Origin: Tubiluchus corallicola
Taxonomy: Eukaryota > Animalia > Priapulida
Assembly (NCBI GenBank): GCA_030141605.1
Contig: JAQGDQ010000203.1
Coordinates: 248,001-312,000 of the forward strand
Direction of reading: 5' to 3'
DNA: 64,000 bases
Shown here: one piece after another, positions 40,801 to 51,654 of the stretch
Numbering within the stretch: the first letter of the stretch is position 1
Layout: every line of letters begins with the position of its first letter
Translations under genes and position numbers: made by a program
The notes under the pieces: model-generated
Seen by the model: the letters and a program-made list of their open reading frames with translations, nothing else
Database searches by the model: none
What the model was told of the DNA's origin: nothing

Positions 40801-43800
40801 TTGATTGTTCGGCAACAGAAGACGCAGTCTCTCTCAACATGTTGGCACTACAAGGTCCAGATCTGACTAATAAATTGCTTGGTGTCCTGCTATGCTTTAG
40901 AAAGTATCCAGTAGTAATCATGGCTGATGTTCGTGAGATGTTTCACCAGGTGTACGTAGCACCGAAGAATAGGGACATGTTGAGATTTCTCTGGTGGAAT
41001 GATGGAAACCTAGATGCGCCACCCTCCATATTTCGAATGACAGTCCACCTTTTTGGCGGTGTGTGGTCGCCCAGCGTAGCTTCATTTGCTCTCCAACAGA
41101 CAGCTAGAGATAACGTCAACTGTTTTGATGAGCATGCATTAAATACGGTGGTACATAGCTTCTATGTCGACGACCCCTTTAAATCTGTGGAAACTGCAAA
41201 AGAACCAATCGATTTGATGTCAAAATTAATACAGATTCTAGACACTGGAGGTTTCCACTTGACCAAATGGATGAGTAACGACAGAGACGTATTAGCATGT
41301 GTGCCAATTGAAGAACGAGGAAAGAACATTAAGAATCTTGATCTAACCCAGGACGATCTACCAAATGAACGAGCCTTAGGGGTTAAATGGGATGTCAAAA
41401 GCGATATACTTGGCATTCAGGTTAAGCTGCGAGAAAAGCCAAGCACCAAGCGGGGACTACTTAGGTCATTAGCAAGCACCTATGATCCCCTAGGCATGGT
41501 CTCGCCTTTCATTTTACAAGCGAAAAGACTGTTTCAGAACGAATGCCGGATCCAGGAAAAATCATGGGATGATAGACTGGAAGAAGAGACTGAGAAAAGT
41601 TGGGATAAATGGAAATCTGATTGTCCTGCACTAGAATACTTTACGCTAGACAGATGCCTGAAGCCAAGAGATTTTGGAAGAATTGCTGACTTGCAGCTGC
41701 ATCACTTCAGCGATGCATCCCAGTATGCTTACGGCACTGTAACTTATGCACGGATGGAAAATGCTGATGGAGTTGTACACACAGCATTTGTAATGGCAAA
41801 GTCTAGGCTAGCACCTATGAAAAGCCTAACCATACCACGCCTTGAGTTGTGCACAGCAGTATTAGCCTCAACTGTCGACAAACAACTGAGAAGAGAATTG
41901 TCCATACCCATCAGCGAGTTCGTGTTTTGGTGTGACAGCACTATAGTGCTTCAATACATACGCAACACCACAAGACGTTTCCATACTTTCGTGCAAAATA
42001 GAGTGACTACCATACTAGAAACTTCGTCGCCAGTTCAGTGGCATTATATCAGTACCGCAGATAATCCAGCTGATGACGTATCCCGAGGAATGGACGCCAA
42101 TGCCTTAGTAAAATCTCAGCGTTGGAAATATGGTCCTAGTTTTCTGCGAAAAGCCCAACATGAATGGCCGCAGCATGATCCGAGCAAAGAAAATGATGAA
42201 CTTAACGACGATAAAGAAGTCAAGCAGACGACATGTTCCACTACTGTAAAACACATACAGGATAGAAACGACACAATTAGCAAGCACATTGAACATTTTT
42301 CGTCATTTTACAACCTCAAGAAAGCAGCAGCTTGGATTCTTCGTCTGAAGGACATTTTGCAAAAGAAGATCAGAGGAGAAAAACCTGAAGTACCTCCAAA
42401 GTTAACAGTGCAAGAGCTGACAAGAGCTCAAGATGCATTAGTAAAATTCGTTCGGACTCAGAACTTTGGCATGGAATATAAGGCGCTTACACAAAAATCT
42501 GCTAAATTGATGCGCATCCCTAAATCAAGCAGGCTACGAAAACTTGATCCGTTCATTTGCGAGAAGGGTTTGCTACGTGTTGGTGGACGACTGAAGGCGC
42601 CAGGCACCCTATGATATTACCGAGAAAGCATAAGCTGTCAGAGCTAATCATTCGTCATTACCACGAAACGAACGGCCACATTGGCAGGGAACATGTCATA
42701 GCTTTAGTAAGAAATGAATTTCGGATAATTCATGCAAGAGCCTTGGCACGCAAAGTCCTGTACGAATGCCGACATTGCAGGCTTCGCAAGCCATCTTTCC
42801 TTGATCAAAAGATGGCAGATTTGCCTATTGACAGACTACAGCCATCAGACGCTTTTACCACTATTGGCATTGATTGTTTTGGCCCGATACAGACCAAGAG
42901 AGGTCGCTCACACATTAAACGCTATGGAGTCATCTTTACATGCCTAGCTACACGCAGTATTCACTTGGAAGTCCTATTTGACATGTCCACTGATTCGGTT
43001 ATAAAGGCGATTAACAGATTTTGCTGCCGCCGAAGGAAGCCAGACAAAATCAGGTCAGATTGTGGGACTAATTTTGTAGGAGCAAGCAGAGAGCTGAGAA
43101 AGTCTATAGCCGAGTGGAACAATGACGTCATACATTCAGAGCTTCTTCAGCGGCAAATAGAATGGCAATTCAACCCACCAAGAGCCCCACACATGGAAGG
43201 TGTTTGGGAGTCTCTCATTAAGAGTGTGAAGAAGATTCTCTTTCCAACGAACAAACCTTGGATGATGAAGGCTTGGCAACCCTGTTTTGTATAGTTGAAA
43301 ATATAGTTAATAGCAGACCGCTAACTACAGTTTCTGACGATGTTGACGACTTCAATCCGTTGACTCCGAATCACTTTCTTCAGATCAGCGCAGTTCCAAA
43401 CCTGCCTTTGGGAAAGTTTTGTCAGGCAGATCTCTTTCGACGAAAGTGGAGACAAATACAGTATCTCTCGGATATCTTTTGGCGCAGATGGTTGACTGAA
43501 TATTTGCCCACTCTACAGACTCGAAGCAAATGGAACAAGGAGCAGAAGAATGTTGAAATAGGAGACATCGTATTAGTTCTGGATGAGACACCAAGGAATC
43601 ACTGGATGCTAGGACGGATCATTGAAGCACGGAAAAGCAGTGATGGACTAGTGAGAAGTGTGATGTTGAAGACTAGAGATGGGACTCTAAAACGACCAAT
43701 TCATAAAATAAGTTTAATCGAATGTAACAATTAGTTGATTTTGTTAAGCATTCATAAACTGTATGTTTAAGTTAAACTTTGAAGTAGATGTATGTCAATT

Positions 43801-46800
43801 TAGTCAGTCATGATATGTTATTACACTGTTGGTTTCCTTTAATTTTGTAAATGCTGCAGGAGAGCATTTAAGGAGGCAGTGTTTTGGATATAAGCACGTG
43901 GTGCCTCCTGGTGTTTGTTTTTCCTAGTTTAGACAGGTGAGCTAGGTCAGGAAATAGGCCATTGGCCTCATTTCACAGTTAGCATATGAAATAAGTGAGT
44001 CACCGGTATGCGGCAAAGATGTAAGTTTCATTTCTTCACATTTCGTCATGTCATATTATTATTAATTATCATTATACCAGTTACTTAATGTTTTGACGTT
44101 GGTTTAGCAGAAAGAATTTTTAATTTTTCTTCAGATAAAACGAAGTCGAACGCATGTCGTGTACACTAGGTAATAGGAATGCTTCAGAAAAAAGAACCAA
44201 ACTGTAAACACTGAAAAGTTAAAAAGAGCTTCAGATGAATTTTTTCAATGTGCGCCATTTTACAGTGTCTGTGTGGGCCAGTAAGTGGCGTACTCTACCG
44301 GCGTTGTTTTGTAACTTTTGATTTTCTTTCGAAACGCGGCACAAATAGCAAAGAAGGGTTGCAGTTTATACAATGAAAATTGGAACATACGATACTTTGA
44401 GGCTTCATACTGTACAAAAAATATGACTGTATGAAGAAGAAAGCCAATGTTCTAGCACATTAAGTGCTTGTTAAGAACAATAATTTTCTTGCTTGTAGTC
44501 CTTCGTTGTTTTGAATACATGACTTTTTGTATCATGCAACTTTGAAGGTTTTTGACTTTCCAGCAGATTTCACTTTAAAGATGTTTTCACGTGTCAGCTC
44601 CAAGATGCGTAAAGATTAGGAAACTTGAAACTTTGAAGCCCTGTACATTTCCTTGAGTACTGTTTCTTTCAGTTGCTCAGCACATATATACACTCACATA
44701 CTGACTGACCTTACTGACTAACCAGCTAACTAGCTATGATTTACTTAGTGTCGGTTAGTTATTTAATTAGTTAGTGTTGGTCTAGCTAAGCTAATCAGAG
44801 AGTCAATCAATTAGTTTTGGCAATTTTGTGGTATGGCAGGTTTGGTGGTATGGCAGGTTTGGCGATATGGCACATTTAGCACTATGGCGGTATAGCAGGT
44901 TTGGCAATGTGGCATTTGGCGGGTGGTGTTGGTATGGGAAGGAGGTAGAGTGTCGACAATGGGACTGATATAGGAAGGTAGAAGGGTGTTAGGGTGTGAG
45001 GAAAACCACCTAAACTGCAAGTGCGCCACAATGGCCCGAAATAAAGACCACCGAGCATTCCCTTTGGAATGCCGCTATGAACATTAATCCACTCATAGAT
45101 AATACATTTAAAACTCCTGACAAAGACAATTTGTTACCTAGAGTCTTAATTGATACAAAGGATCACATTTCAGCCCCTTTAGCACATGTTATAAACTTAT
45201 CCCTCGAAAATGGATGTATTCCTAATAAGCTAAAGGAGTCGGTAATTGTTCCTTTGTTTAAAGCTAAGAACCCTATGGACTTGAGGAATTATAGACCCAT
45301 CTCCCTCCTACCATTTTTTCTAAAATTTTTGAAAACTTTTTGAGTTCAGTTGTCAGATTACCTAAACAAAAAAAAATATTATTAATACAGAACAGTTTGG
45401 GTTCAGGAAAGGTTGTTCAACTGAAATAGCTTTAGTTAAAATTGTAGAAAACAAAATAATTAAATACAGAAGGTAAAAAAGGTCACTTGGTATTTTTTGC
45501 TACCTGTCAAAAGCTTTTGACTCGGTCGATCATGATATACTACTATCAAAACTATTTTACTATGGAATCAGGGACAAGGCTCATCAGCGGTTAGAAAATT
45601 ACCTTAAAGAGCATACACAAGTAGTTAAATATAATGGTTGTTTCTCTTCAGAAAAAATATAACTCATGGTGTGCCGCAAGGGTCAATTTTGAGACCACTT
45701 TTGTTCTAAATATATATAAATGATTTATTACATTTCCTAATTAGTTCTGTGGAAGTTGTAACTGTATATTTTTAGGTGCTGCCATCTATTAACTAATCAC
45801 TTTACATTTTACCAGCTAAACTCACCCATAATATAATTGTTCGGTCCAGTGAATATGCATACTCACTGGATCTCTCCCTATTTTACTGTAATGGTATTTG
45901 TGAAGCCAAGTTTGCATAATTACCTATACCTATATATACTGACTGGATTCTACTTCTAGTCACTCTCTGTCTCACTCTCAATGCAGTGCAGAAGTCATGC
46001 TAGTCGTGCTACACAACTGTCTAACTCACACTCTGTGCAGTGCAGCAGTCGTGATCCTCATTTTACTTACTGTCTAACTCTCAGTGATCAGTGCAGGACA
46101 TTCTTGTCCTCAGTGTGCAGTGTAGCAGTCATTCTACATATGTGTATGTAGTCTAATAAATGTTTCAGTTTTGTGCAGATATGTGGTATAGTGTTTTATT
46201 CTTTTTCTACAAAGTGTTCAACTACAACTTCATACAAGACTTTCACAAGTTCCAAAATGATTCAATATGCTGACGACACTAGCCTCCTTTTTAATATTAA
46301 TCAGTTCAATGCGCAAAACACAGACAAGATAAATGATGAACTCGAACAAATTCCTATGTGATTCAAAATTAATAAGCTTTCCCCAAATCCGTCAAAAACT
46401 AAATACATTGTTTTTAGGTCGCGTTATAAAAATATTCTAAGTAATATTGACATCAACATAGCTCAGGTGCCCATAACATGAGTAAATGAAATGAAATTTT
46501 TAGGTGTAATCATTAATGAATTTTTAGATTGGCAAGCACACATTAATAAGCTATGAGTTAAAATGTCTAAAAACATAGGAATTATTTAACATATAAAACA
46601 ATATACTTCCAAAAAAACATATGATTTCACTATACAGTAGTCTTGTTTTGCCATATCTGACCTACTGTGCAATCCTGTGGGGTACAACGTATGCCAGTGT
46701 GTTAAACAGTATGACAACGCAAATGCAACCGTCAGATGTATAACTTACGGAAAAGATTCCAGATAGGCAACAATTATTTCAATGAAAACAGAATTTTATT

Positions 46801-47611
46801 ATTTGATAATTTAGACAAATGATTAAAAATAGCCCTTCCGTTAAAAAATTTGAAGAAACATTTAAACTACAAAACTTCAACTTGTATAGTACTTCATAGT
46901 TTTTTCCCTTCCTCTTAACCCAGTAAAGTTCATCCTCTGCAATATAATCATTATTTGTTATTTCAGTTCTAGGTTAATATACCATTGGCAGTCACAGCAT
47001 GATGCTAGCCATGGCGTATTCGTATAACGTACGCAATTATTATTAATTATCATTTACTGAATTCATTATTACATATGATTGCACGTCGGCACTATCATAA
47101 TAACTATAATTCTCACATCTTTTTCTGTTCTTTTCTCGTTTTAACCATAACATTTTTTACTTATTCCTGTTCTACATGCTTTTGTATATAAATTCTCCTC
47201 CTTATTTCTATTTCACATTCAGCCATTCTTACATTTACAAGCTATTAGTATTAATAAGCTTCTTGCTGCAGTGGTGTTATCATGAATTGATACTAATATT
47301 TATAACTATATCCGTTAATTTCAACTAAATCACACAATGATGTACATTATATGTACGTAAAATGTATGTTACTAGTATGGTAATTACTATTTATGTGAAA
47401 TAAATAAGTAAAATTGAAAAAATAAATAAAATTGAAACTCTACGTTACCTCCTGCAAGAAAAGAACTAAACCAAGAAGATTAAATCTCAAAAAGCTAAAT
47501 AAATAACAGTAAACATCAAGCAAAAAAATAAACTCAATAGAAAGACGCGAGTTCATTAAAAAATGTATTAAAGAAATGTATCTATTGTTCACTGACCTGC
47601 ATTGACGCCAT
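28857..47611 (-). CDS. UBE2W: Ubiquitin-conjugating enzyme E2 W (6 coding exons, 148 aa)
   Basis: Minus-strand exons: 47611-47597 (MASMQ), 31718-31636 ([17 protein letters not shown]...), 31257-31155 ([34 protein letters not shown]), 29898-29743 ([37 protein letters not shown]...CKEK), 29262-29187 ([25 protein letters not shown]), 28870-28857 (DDKV*). All GT-AG with compatible phases, 447 nt. The HPHV motif (HPN in most E2s) and the C-terminus are diagnostic of UBE2W. Confidence 0.95.
33290..33795 (-). mobile_element. Degenerate LINE (CR1/L2-like) ORF2 3' fragment
   Basis: Minus-strand remnants [11 protein letters not shown] and [20 protein letters not shown], typical of the LINE ORF2 C-terminus; truncated at the old BEL LTR. 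Confidence 0.6.
33796..36230 (+). mobile_element. Old, heavily deleted BEL/Pao element related to the young copy
   Basis: Similar LTR starts TGTTGCT(A/G)CCATATG(C/T)AGAATA at 33796 and 36185, the latter preceded by the purine tract AGAGGGGGAG. Remnants translate to Gag ([10 protein letters not shown]), RT ([26 protein letters not shown]; MFHQ; [20 protein letters not shown]) and the C-terminus ([11 protein letters not shown]; QPIQKLCLL). Confidence 0.75.
36400..37150 (-). mobile_element. Probable upstream (endonuclease-side) remnant of the same degenerate LINE
   Basis: Frame-broken minus-strand remnants resembling KAxLLNxFF and the endonuclease (S)DH motif; weak. Confidence 0.35.
37165..37450 (+). 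repeat. 5' LTR of BEL/Pao element (286 bp)
   Basis: Direct repeat of 43880-44165 with 3 substitutions by eye; starts TGTT, ends TACA. Confidence 0.96.
37533..39760 (+). pseudogene. gag: BEL gag (frameshifted): SAP domain - linker - glycogenin GT8 domain - PAM2-like motif - capsid-like region - Cys/His knuckles
   Basis: Spread over ORFs 37533-38354, 38339-38926, 38820-39158, 39155-39598 and the start of 39543. SAP-like [27 protein letters not shown]; BEL Gag core [11 protein letters not shown]...ERFG...KKLP...KW...HPVFG; knuckles C-x2-C...H...C, CFNC...C and C-x4-C-x3-H-x4-H. Frame breaks near 38335, 38890, 39120 and 39558. Confidence 0.88.
38049..38782 (+). pseudogene. Captured glycogenin-like glycosyltransferase family 8 domain inside gag (one frameshift at ~38335)
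   Basis: [23 protein letters not shown]...[21 protein letters not shown] / [15 protein letters not shown]...[23 protein letters not shown]...[13 protein letters not shown]...RLPYRYN...[12 protein letters not shown]...LNIWW is colinear with metazoan glycogenin ([77 protein letters not shown]). No introns. Confidence 0.93.
39800..43734 (+). pseudogene. pol: BEL/Pao pol: aspartic protease, reverse transcriptase, RNase H, integrase, C-terminal domain (frameshifts ~42600, ~43240)
   Basis: LLDPGST (protease); [19 protein letters not shown] and FYVDD (RT); [16 protein letters not shown] and NPADDVSRG (Pao RNase H region); H-x6-H...C-x2-C, IDCFGP, SDCGTNF and GVWE (integrase); [10 protein letters not shown]...RPIHKI (BEL C-terminus). 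Confidence 0.95.
43880..44165 (+). repeat. 3' LTR of BEL/Pao element (286 bp)
   Basis: Direct repeat of 37165-37450; preceded by a polypurine tract and followed by TSD CTAGG. Confidence 0.96.
44815..44940 (+). repeat. Degenerate ~17-bp minisatellite (GGTATGGCAGGTTTGGY)
   Basis: About 6-7 imperfect units, of the kind seen as subterminal repeats of DNA transposons. Confidence 0.7.
45040..47440 (+). mobile_element. 5'-truncated LINE (L2/CR1 group) RT with 3' UTR and repeat tail, interrupted by a solo LTR
   Basis: [14 protein letters not shown]...PLFK...NYRPISLLP; QFGFRKG; [10 protein letters not shown]; GVPQGSIL; YINDL...YADDT; KFLGV. Ends in repeated AATAAATAA.AATTGAAA units (~47399-47438). 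Many stops and frameshifts. Confidence 0.88.
45748..46247 (+). mobile_element. Solo LTR (500 bp)
   Basis: TGTGGAAG...CTTTCACA termini and a 5-bp TSD AGTTC (45743-45747, 46248-46252); internal TATA-like run and AATAAA. Removing it restores the in-frame LINE RT sequence [21 protein letters not shown]. Confidence 0.88.
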
Positions 47612-47959
47612 ACTTTTTTGCTGTCAGCAGTGTGAATTTCGTCAACGCACCGCGTCGACAATCGTAACTCACAATTCCTTTATTCATTTAAAAACATAGA
47701 GGTATATACAATTATTTATGGCCGTTATAAACGAAATATTGATTTCCAAGAAAACTGTTACTCCGGGAATTATTTATTAATGAAGTTTTTAAATTTAGCT
47801 TAAAAACAAGATAGTGCTTTTTTGTTACGTGCATTGGTCATAATCGTGAAGAAGTCAAAGTCTCGAAAAATTGATGTGAAAAAAACTTTTTGAGACTTAG
47901 TGGGCACTTTGACTTCTTTGCGATTATGTTTTCAAATTTATTAACAATGCAAAATATAT

Positions 47960-49615
47960 AATTATGCTGACAATAGGCCGTTATAAGCAGGACAGAATGT
48001 GCTCCAAACATTAAACAAACTAGATTCTAATTGTAGCAAAGTGTTGAACTGGTTTGAAGATAATAGCATGAAAGCAAATTCAGAAAAATTCCACGTTGTT
48101 GCCATTGGAAATAAATCACAAGCACTAAATCTAAACTTCGACATTGACGCAAAAAATCAAAATTAATGTGACAATCAAATAAAAATCTTGGGTACATGTT
48201 TGCAAAATCCAATATAAAAACAAGTAGAAGTCCTTCCTAACTGTAAGTAGAAGAATTGCAGCATAATTTATTATTTATATCATTCTTTCACCCTGTTAAA
48301 GGAAAAGCGGATAATTGTGTAAACATTAGTTCAGAATAAAGAATGCTCTAAAGTGATGAAAACTACAAAAGCTTTTTTTAAATCAAAGCTTAGATTAAAT
48401 AATAATTACCTCGCATACTCAAATTTCGTTAAACTTTCAAAGCCACGCGCGGCTCAGTGATTCTTCTAAGATTGGCAGCGGCGCGTTTTTGTCACGTTAG
48501 CGTGGTCGATAAATAGAAGGCGGTACCATGGTAACAATGATCATGAACTACAGTGTTAGTTTCTCACGTCATATGGATGTAGAGCCCATTTTCGTGACAT
48601 CATACGTTTAAGCAGTAACACTTACGCAAACGTGCTTAACGCGCAAGGGAGATGTCTGCCATTGCACAAACTGTATTAGTTTCTGACGTAAGCAATAGCT
48701 GCGTTCGGTTGCCGTTAATTAACTTTCTAAGCTAATTATTCAAATATAAGAAACATTTGCTAACTTTGTAGGCAAGAAAATGTGTATTTTGGACAGTAAA
48801 TTAAAATGAGATTGAGTCTAAACAATCGTCCAGCCTTCCTTTAAAGTTTAATTACTGTCTGCCTGTATGGCATTTTAGTAGTTACGCAGTAACGAACAAA
48901 CGTGAAAAAATTTAAGAAAGGGCACTGAGATTTACCTACAGTGATTATGCCTTAAGTTATGAAACATGCTAAACAAATTTAAAAATTCGTTAATTCTTTG
49001 CGTATAAGAACTTTAGCCTTAGAAATATTTAAAATTCTAAACAAAGAAGGAGCTAGCTACTTATACGACCTGATGGCAATTAAAGAATCTAAGTATTCAT
49101 TCCGATATATTAAAATTACAAATGTACCACGCATCAAATGCACTAAATACGGCTAAACTCTGCGACATTCTGCCGCAGTTCGCGGAATCAATTGCCAAAC
49201 GATAAGCGAAATGCTTAATGTAGTTATGAACTTATGGTATGTTTCAAAATATAAATTCGTGGAAAGATGACGAATATAAATGTACTGCATGTCGCAGAAA
49301 TTGAAAATTTTATGGTTCTGATTAAGCTGTACTTCCAAACTATGAACTGTTTTCGAATGTGATTTTAACTCGATTAATTAAAGGCGTTGATTTTAGCATC
49401 TAAGTTAGCATTTATGATTTTAAAGTCTGCTAGGATCCAAAGTGTTTTATTGTAGCAGTATAATTGTAAAATCTTTTTATCGCCTAAGCACTATTTTTAC
49501 TAGTAGACTGGCTTTGTAATATATGTCGGCTTAAAAGTTATTAGGAGTTAGTGTTTTTTGTGTTTATGTAAAACCCGACTTTAAATAAAATTTGATTTAT
49601 TTTGATTGATTTGAG
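47960..49615 (+). mobile_element. Degenerate LINE 3' fragment (split by an unrelated segment ~48230-48720)
   Basis: Remnants YADN..VLNWFEDNSMKANSEKFH, KILG, WHF..ERALRF and LALEIFKILNK; ends with AATAAA and a (TTTGA)-like tail at ~49585-49614. Confidence 0.65.
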
Positions 49616-51176
49616 AACGTACGTATTATCACGTCCGGTATTAACTTAGCGCTAGGCCGTTCGACTGCTAATACACAGTGTGCACACTCATGTGTCATCA
49701 TAAATATAATAGCAGCAAATAAATGCGGTGAAATGTTTTTTTTCGCACTCCGCAACAATGTGAGGTTATATCTATTAGGAAGCCCTTGCATCTCAGCAAT
49801 GTACTTAGGCACGGAACTTAACGACTTGGGTTACCAGTATAAAAGCACTACGCTGTTTGGTGCAATTAGTCTGTATGTATAATTAGTCTGTACGGAAAAA
49901 TAGTCTAGCATAGACTAATTTTAAAGGGGACAGGTCATTTTGGCGCGGCCGTTTGGGCGCCCGCCCACTTGGGCGCGAGACATTTCGGCACAAGAATCGA
50001 CGCACACTACGCTTGAATAATTTCTGTGTCGCACTACAACACGTGATGCTTATAGCTGGCCTATTAGGTGAAACCTCTTTGTTTCTTTAGTCGCAGACTA
50101 ATTTTTTCAATGTACCTAAAGTTTTTGTAAACGAATAAACAATTATTTTCGTGAATACGATCATGTAATTGACATTAGAAATAATTAAAACACTCACCAT
50201 GTGCAAAAACCTGCTGTTTTTAAAGCTTATTAAAAACTCTTACAACTCGAAAGTTAAATTACATTACATTAAGATGCACTGAAGTTTAAAATTACAATTA
50301 AATTATATTACATTAAAACGACTTTACAAAACATTAATTAAGAAAGACTGAAGTTTAAATTACATTACATTTAAAAGACAATAATTTACGTGAATATTAA
50401 CCTCATTAAAATCCATTATTATAATAATCTCGTGTCACAGTGTATACAGTAATAATGAAGTTACTGATAATTAAAAAGTGCAGAGGTATAAAACTTAGAC
50501 TGTGAAGAGGCTTAATCTTGAAAGTGATAATTATGTATATTTGCGTTATAACGATGCGTTATAACGTTATGTCAGCGTTCAGATTACAACTGTCCTGCTA
50601 CGTTCTGTTAACTTTATCAATGTATGATACTGTGTAAATAATTATCGGAGTTAACAAGATAGGAAAATTTCAAATTGACAAGAACGTGTGGAAGGCAAAG
50701 TTGAACACCAGTTAAACCATAAGTATACCACAGGTTAAGACTCAGCATTAGTTGACTTAAATTTCAAAAGCTTTTCAATACAATATAGGCGATACACCCT
50801 AAAACATATTATGAAAGAAATCTACTTAGATCTTTTCGTATAAGCATTAAACACCTGAATGTGTCAATTTTGTATGATATTGTTTAAAACCTACTTCGTA
50901 AGCAATGTGCAAAAGCACACCTGTTTCATACAGCCAGTGAGTATTAAAAATTGTTCATGTTGCTGTTGGCATTAAACAACTAGCCTACTGTATTGTCTTA
51001 CGTAAAGATTTAGTTCATTTTATTCTTTGTAATCGTTAAACATATCGACAGACTGTATTTAGTCAGTTTTCTTCTATTAAATTTCTTAGACGTTTATTGA
51101 GTAAAGGTCTAAAATAGAAAACTCATTTTTTTCTTCTCCTGCAGGACACACCATTTTCTGTAGGGAGGGTGTGCAC

Positions 51177-51654
51177 TGTAACAATACCATAGATATGGTT
51201 TGTTTAGATAAAAGATCTTGGTGATTGCTTAGGAGGGTTCTGCATTCGAGACTGTCATGCTGCTCTGATCTTCTTTTTTCACTTCTTCAGTTTTGTCACT
51301 AAGTGCAGGTTGCATATACAAGCTAAATTCTTCACGCCATTTTTTCCATGCTTGTGACAGATTGCGTGATTCGAAGTTTAGTGCGTTAGGTGGTTTTAGC
51401 TGATTCATAGTTCTCTACAAATTTGCCGTCCGAATAAATACTCAAAACAACTAGTTCACTTCTGACACCATGTTACACGCTACAATAATATTAGCAACCA
51501 GACAAATGCGTGCATAATAAAGTAGTATTTATTAAACTAATTAGGAACTTAAACAAAGAAGATCAGAGCAGCATGGCAGTCTCGAATGCAGAACACTCCT
51601 AAGCAATCACCAAGATCTTTTATCTACACAAACCATATCTATGGTATTGTTACA
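51177..51654 (-). mobile_element. Gypsy-derived fold-back element: full LTR + PBS + gag start joined to an inverted 100-bp LTR end
   Basis: On the minus strand: 184-bp LTR (51654-51471, TG..CA), PBS TGGTGTCAGAAGTG (51470-51457), then gag start MNQLKPPNALNFESRNLSQAWKKWREEFSLY (from 51408). 51177-51276 is the reverse complement of 51555-51654 (3 mismatches). TGCAC flanks both ends (51172-51176, 51655-51659). Confidence 0.88.

Larger units (their letters stand above)
37165..44165 (+). mobile_element. Full-length BEL/Pao LTR retrotransposon carrying a glycogenin domain in Gag
   Basis: TG...CA LTRs at 37165-37450 and 43880-44165, 5-bp TSD CTAGG (37160-37164 and 44166-44170), purine tract AAGGAGGCAG before the 3' LTR. 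Domain order is gag, triple Cys/His knuckle, protease, RT, RNase H, integrase, with BEL-specific motifs. Lies antisense in UBE2W intron 1. Confidence 0.97.

Noticed and set aside
43735-43879. env-like third ORF in the BEL element
   Set aside because: Only ~145 bp between the pol stop and the 3' LTR.
44815-44940. CRISPR-like or telomeric array
   Set aside because: No unique spacers and no telomere unit; a degenerate minisatellite in a eukaryotic intron.
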